33,850 nt of DNA from the IMG/VR virus record IMGVR_UViG_3300047290_000102, positions 1 to 33,850 of that record. The stretch is one strand, 5' to 3'. The stretch is from a virus. Lineage: Duplodnaviria; Caudoviricetes. Of this stretch, positions 25,365 to 32,279 are shown piece by piece. Numbering within the stretch: the first letter of the stretch is position 1; every line of letters begins with the position of its first letter. The notes beneath the pieces were generated by a model. The model was not told the origin of the DNA, did no database searches, and was given only the letters and a program-made list of their open reading frames with translations. The translations under genes were made by a program, and so were the position numbers.

Positions 25365-27717
25365 ACACCAACCATTCTTTCCCGACCCCGATTCACCAAA
25401 CAACTACAATTGTGGTACTGAAAGGTATTGCCATCCATTGAATGGTGGTGACACTTTTATGACTCAATTTTATCAGACTCCTTGCAATGACAATGAGATT
25501 CTTGACCCGGAGTTTGATGACTATTCATTGGGTGCTGAATTGACTGACAATGGGGATTTCATTTCAACAAGTTTGAATCAATGGAATAGTGGTGCAACTC
25601 CATTGTCCACAACACTTGGAGTGCTTGTCAATGGATGGACTGGTGCAAACCCAACAAGAGTGGAACATATTAGTGGTTATACCGATTCATTGAATCAAAC
25701 ATCTTTGGGTTTTGTTGTTGGTGAGGCTTATCAAATAACCATAGAATTCACAAGAACAAGTGGAAGCATTGAGGTTGTGCTTGGTGATGGGGTTGAAGAA
25801 ACAAAGAGTGGAGCATTGGAAGTTGGAGGCACATATACTTTCAACCTAATGTACTTGGACAATTTCAATGACATTGTGCAAGTAAGACCAACTACTGACT
25901 TTGTGGGTTATGTGAATTCAATTAGTGTCAAGCAAATCAATTATGATTATTGGGTTGCGAATGGTTCTTGGACTTTTGATAATGGCTTTGCTTGTCATAT
26001 TGAAGGGACAATTGGAGACTTGGTAGATACTGCCCCAAATTACATTGATGCCGGTGGTTATTATGTAGCATCAATTACCGTTTCAAGTTATGTCCAAGGC
26101 TCAATTAATTTATTTGTTTCTGACATATTGGTTGGAATAATTTTCGCCAATGGCACTTATACCTATTATGCATTTCCATCATTGAACGGAACAATGAAGG
26201 TGGAGGCATCAAGTGACTTCATTGGATGCATTAGTTTGCCTTCAGTCTATGAGTTGAGGGATGACTATACTGCATTCATTATTGATGAGAATGGCAACCA
26301 ATATGATGTTTCAAATTATATTGAATATTATGAGCAATATGTGACATTGAAATTTGACTTTGCTACCGTTGGGAATTATGAGTTACCAAGTGGATGTTAT
26401 AGTGTCAAGATGTATGACCAATGTATTATTCAAAGTGATAATCTTGTTTGGAATGGAGATTTTGTTGATGGCTTTACTGATTGGTATAAGAATAATGGGA
26501 ATGCCCCATATAGCATCACTGGTGATGAGTTGACCATAACATTTGACCCCTTTAGTTATGGCAGTACCAATTTCATAACAAACGGAGATTTCAGTAGTGG
26601 AACTACTGGATGGACATTTGGAACTGGATGGTCATTGGTTAGTGGAAAAGCAAGACATACTCCCGGTAATACTGCGACTTTAAGTCAAACATTAACATTA
26701 CCCACACCACCACTTCCCGCAGTTGGTTATAATTACTTTGTAAAATTCACTATTTCAAATCATACCATTGGAACGGTTAATATTGGATTGGGTACTGGTT
26801 CAAAAGTATACGGTGGAAATGATGATTTCATTATATTCTTGCCTTCCGGTGCTTCTGGAAATGTCAATTTAACCATAACACCTTCAAGTAATTTTGATGG
26901 TGATATTGATGATTTTGGAGTTATAATAGTTAATTTATCATCCTCAATATTATTGAATAACAAGATTCAACCATTAATAACTCCGGGAACATATCAAGTT
27001 GAATGGGATATTATTTCATCTACATTATCAAATATTAGAACAAGAGCAGTTTTAGTAGCAGCTCAAGGAAATGTGCCTTTACAAAATACGGCTGGTTCTT
27101 ATAGCTATACTCAAACATATACTCAAAATGGTAGTTATGTTCAAATCCTTGCTGATTTTACAAAAACCAATTCTTTTTCATCAAATGTTTATGGAACAAA
27201 AGGCTCAATTACGGTAGATAATATTAGTCTTAAAAAAATAGAACCTTTTGAGGCTACCTATGAAACTGAATGTCTTTCATACAATGAGAATGGATGGGAT
27301 AAGACCAAGATGATTGTGGCTTGGTGTGACCAACCTTCATTTGGTTTTGAGTTTGCCAATACTGGATTCAAGTTGCAACAAAGGGCATTGATACGATCCA
27401 TCAACCCAACCTATCCAAATCAAAAGAACATCCAACAAATGGGTAGTGGAAATGCAAGGATGGTTTATGCAGAGATTGAAAAATATTGGGAATTACATAC
27501 CGACTTTGCCTCTGAAACATTCCACGATGCTATGGCAGTCCAATTGAGTTGTGACCATTTGCAAATTGGAGACACACAAGGAAACGGAAAAGAATACATA
27601 ACCAATGGTGATGAATACATACCAAGTTGGCAAGGTGATGGAACATATAGTTTGGCAACTGCGACCTTTGAAGTTAGAATAAAAGAAAAAGGTCAGATAT
27701 TCAATAGACACATTTAA
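25345..27717 (+). CDS. Tail structural protein with repeated carbohydrate-binding-like modules
   Basis: Repeated NGDF...W starts (LTDNGDF, LVWNGDF, FITNGDF) and F(V/D)Gx(V/I) ends, typical of CBM4/9-like beta sandwiches. Confidence 0.62.
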   Translation: MPLIHNKHQPFFPDPDSPNNYNCGTERYCHPLNGGDTFMTQFYQTPCNDNEILDPEFDDYSLGAELTDNGDFISTSLNQWNSGATPLSTTLGVLVNGWTGANPTRVEHISGYTDSLNQTSLGFVVGEAYQITIEFTRTSGSIEVVLGDGVEETKSGALEVGGTYTFNLMYLDNFNDIVQVRPTTDFVGYVNSISVKQINYDYWVANGSWTFDNGFACHIEGTIGDLVDTAPNYIDAGGYYVASITVSSYVQGSINLFVSDILVGIIFANGTYTYYAFPSLNGTMKVEASSDFIGCISLPSVYELRDDYTAFIIDENGNQYDVSNYIEYYEQYVTLKFDFATVGNYELPSGCYSVKMYDQCIIQSDNLVWNGDFVDGFTDWYKNNGNAPYSITGDELTITFDPFSYGSTNFITNGDFSSGTTGWTFGTGWSLVSGKARHTPGNTATLSQTLTLPTPPLPAVGYNYFVKFTISNHTIGTVNIGLGTGSKVYGGNDDFIIFLPSGASGNVNLTITPSSNFDGDIDDFGVIIVNLSSSILLNNKIQPLITPGTYQVEWDIISSTLSNIRTRAVLVAAQGNVPLQNTAGSYSYTQTYTQNGSYVQILADFTKTNSFSSNVYGTKGSITVDNISLKKIEPFEATYETECLSYNENGWDKTKMIVAWCDQPSFGFEFANTGFKLQQRALIRSINPTYPNQKNIQQMGSGNARMVYAEIEKYWELHTDFASETFHDAMAVQLSCDHLQIGDTQGNGKEYITNGDEYIPSWQGDGTYSLATATFEVRIKEKGQIFNRHI

Positions 27718-27721
27718 TGAT

Positions 27722-27729
27722 TATATTTG
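27722..27729 (+). promoter_or_regulatory. Bacteroidota -7 promoter box
   Basis: TATATTTG in the intergenic gap before the 27812 gene. Confidence 0.6.
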
Positions 27730-27811
27730 CAACAAGGTGTCAAAGTGGGTGAGACAAAAAGTAATCCCTTAACCAACTTAAAACAACTTAACACCAAAAT
27801 CTCTTAAAAAA

Positions 27812-28363
27812 ATGGGATGTCTTAATTACAATTGTGCTACTCTCACCGAACACGAAGTAAGCACCTTGGCTTGTAAAGGGCCGCGACCAGCCGGTATTTC
27901 TTCAGCCGTATTTATTCTTTGTTCTTCTACTCTTGTTGACCCAAGTGATGGAACTGAAATCAATGCTCTCATTACTTCCGGTGATGCGAAGTTGGTTGAG
28001 AACATTCGTATGGGTTTAGGTAGTGGTGAAGTAACACAATCACCAAAGGTGACTGCTTGTGGTCTGCCACAAACTCTTTATGTGACCTATAGTGGTAACA
28101 TTACCGACTATTCTTTCAACCAACAAAATATGGAGTTTTGGACAACCTTGACAAGTGGTTACACCATTAGTGGAATCATTGCAAGGCTATGCCCAAAGAG
28201 TGGCTTTGATGACGAGTCATTGTGGATGGATGGTGAAGTTTCATTTAGTGGTTCACCAGTCATTGCTGACACCGATGAAGAAGCTGCAAATTTTGCAATT
28301 ACCTATCAATACAAAGGAACGGTTTCTTTGATTCCAACACCTACTGGAGTATTTAGTGCATAA
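27812..28363 (+). CDS. Probable major tail (tube) protein
   Basis: 183 aa, acidic, S/T/G-rich beta pattern, own promoter box and long A-rich leader. The call rests on size and context only. Confidence 0.5.
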   Translation: MGCLNYNCATLTEHEVSTLACKGPRPAGISSAVFILCSSTLVDPSDGTEINALITSGDAKLVENIRMGLGSGEVTQSPKVTACGLPQTLYVTYSGNITDYSFNQQNMEFWTTLTSGYTISGIIARLCPKSGFDDESLWMDGEVSFSGSPVIADTDEEAANFAITYQYKGTVSLIPTPTGVFSA

Positions 28364-28372
28364 AAATTTTGA

Positions 28373-30598
28373 ATGGATAAGGGGATTATCCTACTTGCTT
28401 TCGGAAAGAGAGGTTATGGGTTTATGGCTTATAACCTCTCCCTTTCCATTAAGCATTATACTCCAAACCTACCCATCCATTTAATTGCAACAAAAGAAGT
28501 TTTAAAGGAAGTAACTGACCATTCAGTTTTTGATAGTATTGAATGGTTGGAAAGTGTGCCAAGTGACCCCGGTCTTTTCAAGGCTCAAATAGGAAGAAAC
28601 CTACCATTTGAACATAATCTTTTTTTGGATGTTGATGCCATAGCATTGCAATCTCTTGAGCCATTATTTCAAAGGCTAATTGATAGTGATGTGCATTATG
28701 CTACTTACATCCACGATGTTTATGACATCAACTCACCCAACATCTTGCCAATGATGTTTTGGGCATATAGGGAAGACATATGGCAACACTATGGCTTTGA
28801 TGCCAACACAAAGTTTCCGGCAACACAATCAAGCATCCAATACATTAGAAAGTGTGCCAAGACTAATGAGCTTTATGACTTATTCAATGAGGCTTTTGCC
28901 AATCCGATCCCATTGGAAAGGTTAAGAAATAAGTGGGGTGGTGGTCAACCGGATGAACTATATTTAAATGTCGCTCTTGCCAAGCAAGGTGGCTTCAATC
29001 ACATAGGACAAGACTCCATTTGGTTTGGCAATGATGGTTCACGCAGACCACACGAACTTGTTTACTCTCATTATTTGCTTTCCTACTTTGGATATAGGAA
29101 TAACATTAGACCAATCTATTGGGAGTATTATGATAAGGTCTTGCAAAAGATGGCAAGTGCCAAAGGAATGAGGCACATTTTCAAAAGCCATCTACTGAAA
29201 GGTGATAAGATTGCAAATGTTCAAAATGATAGGACTAAAAATGCAAGGTCAAACATTGGAACAAATTTGATAAGACCCGATGCCAAGAAATATTCAAAGG
29301 GAGACAAACGCATTATTCTTTTTACTCATTATTATGAGCAAAAATTTTCAGACCGACAAAGGGAATTAAGAAAGGTTATGGAGGCAAACATTAATTGCCC
29401 ATCCATTGACCTCATTGTTAACCTTGGAGTGCCTTATTCAAGTCATAAAGTGGTGAATATTGAATATGAGAGACCTACTTACGCAGACTTTTGCAAGGAG
29501 GCACAAAGGATTGATGCAGATTTTTACATAATTGCCAATACTGATGTCTATTTCACAAGCGAGATTGAGCAAATCAATGAACTGGAAATGGATGGAAAGG
29601 CACTTTGCTTGTCAAGATGGGATGTTCAATCCAATGGTTATGCCAAGCTATTCAATTATGAGTGGTCACAAGACACTTGGATTTTCAAGGGCAAACCTCC
29701 ATTGATGGAAAAGTGTGATTTCACAATGGGACTTCCGGCTTGTGACAATAGATTTGCATATGAACTTGCACAAAAGGGGATTCAACCAATCAATCCATCA
29801 TTGAGCATCAAGACTTATCACTTGCATATAACCAACAAAAGAAACTATAAGGAGCAAGATAGGTTACAAGGTCAAGTGATGCCAGTACAAGTTGAAGATT
29901 GGTCAAAATATAGAAGAAAAAAGTTGTTGATTCATCAGCCGGGTAAGGTTGGTGACATCATTATTTGTTTACCCATTGCAGAGCATTACCACAAGTTGGG
30001 ATGGATCGTTGAATGGATGTGTCCGATTCAATATCATTCACTTTTTAAATATGTGGATTATGTCAAACCGATTGTTTCAAAGGTTTCTGCTTACGATAAA
30101 GTCATTGATTTGTCTTTTGGAATCATTACCAATAGTGAAGTGCATAGGTTGTGGCTCAAGCAAAGGAACAATCTTGATTCGTTTGTTGAACTTAAATACC
30201 AACTTGCTTCAGTACCTTTATTGGAATGTCGCAATCTTAATTATACACGGAATGTACACTTGGAGAATTCTCTTTATACTGATTTGGGGTTGGATTCTAT
30301 CAATGATTATATCCTTGTGCATAGTGGTAGTGATTATGGTTCTTCCATTGATGTTTCTTCTGACAAGACTATTGTTCATTTTAAACCAATTGAAGGCAAG
30401 AACTATCAGATTTTTGATTGGAGAAAAGTGATTGAGAATGCTTCAGAGATTCATTGCATAGATAGTTCATTATGTAACTTTGTAGATAGCCTCCCATTTA
30501 CAAGAGGTGAGTTGCATTATTACATAACCGACAAAGTGCCTCACAAATCTGACCGTACTTTGCTCACAAAAAAATGGTTGGTCTATGATTTGGTATGA
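28373..30598 (+). CDS. Multidomain glycosyltransferase (two GT-A-like plus one GT-B/GT9-like domain)
   Basis: Domain 1: LFLDVD (DxD)...QPDE. Domain 2: IIANTDVYF, LSRWD, SQDTW, CDN, HLH. Domain 3: GKVGDII...LVH...IHCIDSS. Confidence 0.8.
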   Translation: MDKGIILLAFGKRGYGFMAYNLSLSIKHYTPNLPIHLIATKEVLKEVTDHSVFDSIEWLESVPSDPGLFKAQIGRNLPFEHNLFLDVDAIALQSLEPLFQRLIDSDVHYATYIHDVYDINSPNILPMMFWAYREDIWQHYGFDANTKFPATQSSIQYIRKCAKTNELYDLFNEAFANPIPLERLRNKWGGGQPDELYLNVALAKQGGFNHIGQDSIWFGNDGSRRPHELVYSHYLLSYFGYRNNIRPIYWEYYDKVLQKMASAKGMRHIFKSHLLKGDKIANVQNDRTKNARSNIGTNLIRPDAKKYSKGDKRIILFTHYYEQKFSDRQRELRKVMEANINCPSIDLIVNLGVPYSSHKVVNIEYERPTYADFCKEAQRIDADFYIIANTDVYFTSEIEQINELEMDGKALCLSRWDVQSNGYAKLFNYEWSQDTWIFKGKPPLMEKCDFTMGLPACDNRFAYELAQKGIQPINPSLSIKTYHLHITNKRNYKEQDRLQGQVMPVQVEDWSKYRRKKLLIHQPGKVGDIIICLPIAEHYHKLGWIVEWMCPIQYHSLFKYVDYVKPIVSKVSAYDKVIDLSFGIITNSEVHRLWLKQRNNLDSFVELKYQLASVPLLECRNLNYTRNVHLENSLYTDLGLDSINDYILVHSGSDYGSSIDVSSDKTIVHFKPIEGKNYQIFDWRKVIENASEIHCIDSSLCNFVDSLPFTRGELHYYITDKVPHKSDRTLLTKKWLVYDLV

Positions 30599-30818
30599 AT
30601 TCAATATAAGCATCTATGACCAAAAACTTGAAGACCTTGGTGTCTCAACATATAGGAATGCCAAGGCAATGGTCAACTTGAATGACATCCAACATTTTTC
30701 CCAAACCTACATTCACGATACTGACACCGAATGCACATTGATAAACTTTGTAAATGGAGATTCAATGGTTGTCAATGAATCATATGACCAAGTAAAAAGG
30801 ATAATGAGATGCAAATAG
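30585..30818 (+). CDS. Hypothetical protein
   Basis: 77 aa overlapping both neighbours; VNLNDI...I.F.NG...VNESYDQV pattern. Confidence 0.6.
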   Translation: MIWYEFNISIYDQKLEDLGVSTYRNAKAMVNLNDIQHFSQTYIHDTDTECTLINFVNGDSMVVNESYDQVKRIMRCK

Positions 30819-31447
30819 CACAACACATAATGCCCAATGGAATGAGTGCAAAGGCTGAATTCTGCTTTGCCATAACTGAACTTATAAGGAATTTCAGACT
30901 CAAAAAAATTGTGGAGACTGGAAGTTATATGGGTGAAGGCACAACCAAAGCCATAGCCGATGCAATGCTTGGAGATGAAATGGTTTATTCCATTGAAGTA
31001 AATCCAAGATACTATGAGATAGCAAGAAAGAAACACAAGAACACAAGCATCAATTTCCTACTTGGCTTGTCAGTTAAAAAACCATTGTTGCCTACTGACT
31101 TCACTTGGGATGTCCCTTCAAACATTGTCATTGACCACCTTGACCATAATAGGGAAATACTTTACAAGCAAGAAGTGAGTTTCAATGTGCCGGACAATAT
31201 GCTTGACTTTGCATTGAGCAAAATGAATTACCAACCCGATTTAGTGATATTGGATTCAGCCGGTCATATGGGATTGGTTGAATTCAAGGAGTTGATGAAA
31301 CTTGCAGAAGCACCTTTCTTTCTTGCCTTGGATGACACCAATCATATCAAGCATTATGAAAGTGTAAAGTTGCTTGAGGCAATGGATGTGGATTTGATAT
31401 TTGAAACTGAAGAAGGCTTTGGCAGTAGGATTTATTACATTAAATGA
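30809..31447 (+). CDS. Class I SAM-dependent methyltransferase (probable sugar O-methyltransferase)
   Basis: IVETGSYMGEGTT (motif I), VYSIEVN, LVILDSAGH, LDDT; no DNA-MTase PC or DPPY motif. Confidence 0.8.
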   Translation: MQIAQHIMPNGMSAKAEFCFAITELIRNFRLKKIVETGSYMGEGTTKAIADAMLGDEMVYSIEVNPRYYEIARKKHKNTSINFLLGLSVKKPLLPTDFTWDVPSNIVIDHLDHNREILYKQEVSFNVPDNMLDFALSKMNYQPDLVILDSAGHMGLVEFKELMKLAEAPFFLALDDTNHIKHYESVKLLEAMDVDLIFETEEGFGSRIYYIK

Positions 31448-32223
31448 GATACGCATTCACCATAGTGTTCAATGGTAAACACCATTTGTTGAATCAAAGG
31501 TTCATTGACCTTATGGTTGGATCGTTTGACAAATGGATTATTGTGGAAGGTTTTTCTTCCAATGGTGGTTCAACTTCTTGGTGTCATAACTTGAACATCC
31601 AAAGGAATTCAACTGATGGCACATTGGAACTTCTTGCAGAGTTAATGGAAAAGCATTCAAACATCATTGTTCATTCAAGAAAGAATGGTTGGAAAAGCAA
31701 AGATGAGCAAGTGAATAAGTCAATGGAGTTGTTGCAAGGCAGTCCAAGTGGATGGCTATGGCAAGTTGATGTGGATGAGTTATGGCAAGAAGGTGATTTT
31801 GCAAAGGCAGAATCAATGATGGAACAAGATGTTTCAGTTGCCGGTGCTTTTCAGTTCCATCATTTGCTTTGCCAAGATTACAAGGGAAGGCAATTGGTTG
31901 GAAAAGGTGAATGGGGTAGCAATTGGCACACACGATTGTGGTGGTATGAAGGTCAAGATTTCATAAGCCACGAACCTCCATTGATGAAAGGTCAGAAAAC
32001 CATCAAGCAACTGCCTCAAAAGTATCACCACTATTCTTATTATTTTGAGCAAGATGTTCTTTTCAAGTCCAAATATTACAAAGGTTATGCATCTTTGTAT
32101 AGGAATTGGATAAGATTGCAGAAGAAAGCCTTTAACTTTCCCATAAGCACAAGGGAATTGTTTGGCAATTCAAGTAGTATTAACCATAAGAATTCAACCA
32201 TTACCCACTATGAAAGTTTGTAA
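31444..32223 (+). CDS. GT-A fold glycosyltransferase (GT2-like)
   Basis: IIVEG...STDGTLE, WLWQVDVDELW (DxD), HYSY; ATGA-coupled to the methyltransferase. Confidence 0.8.
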   Translation: MRYAFTIVFNGKHHLLNQRFIDLMVGSFDKWIIVEGFSSNGGSTSWCHNLNIQRNSTDGTLELLAELMEKHSNIIVHSRKNGWKSKDEQVNKSMELLQGSPSGWLWQVDVDELWQEGDFAKAESMMEQDVSVAGAFQFHHLLCQDYKGRQLVGKGEWGSNWHTRLWWYEGQDFISHEPPLMKGQKTIKQLPQKYHHYSYYFEQDVLFKSKYYKGYASLYRNWIRLQKKAFNFPISTRELFGNSSSINHKNSTITHYESL

Positions 32224-32278
32224 GCCGTGCCAAGGTGGTAGACCAAGACCCACCATCAAACCTAAACCAAAAAGTTAA
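32210..32278 (+). CDS. Possible 22-aa basic CxxC peptide
   Basis: MKVCKPCQGGRPRPTIKPKPKS* bridges the GT stop and the portal ATG (1-nt gap). Confidence 0.35.
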   Translation: MKVCKPCQGGRPRPTIKPKPKS

Positions 32279-32279
32279 G

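Noticed and set aside
20908-27717. Diversity-generating retroelement target or invertible tail-fibre cassette
   Set aside because: No reverse transcriptase, invertase, adenine-specific repeat pair or flanking inverted repeats seen.
27730-27811. Structured RNA in the leader of the putative major tail gene
   Set aside because: Only a weak 4-bp pairing (TGTC/GACA); the rest is an unstructured A/C-rich leader.
29949-30431. 160-aa alternative-frame ORF inside the glycosyltransferase
   Set aside because: No motif, no slippery site or start context seen; composition typical of a shadow frame.
30809-31447. Second DNA methyltransferase
   Set aside because: Lacks PC and (D/N/S)PP(Y/F) catalytic motifs and sits between glycosyltransferases.
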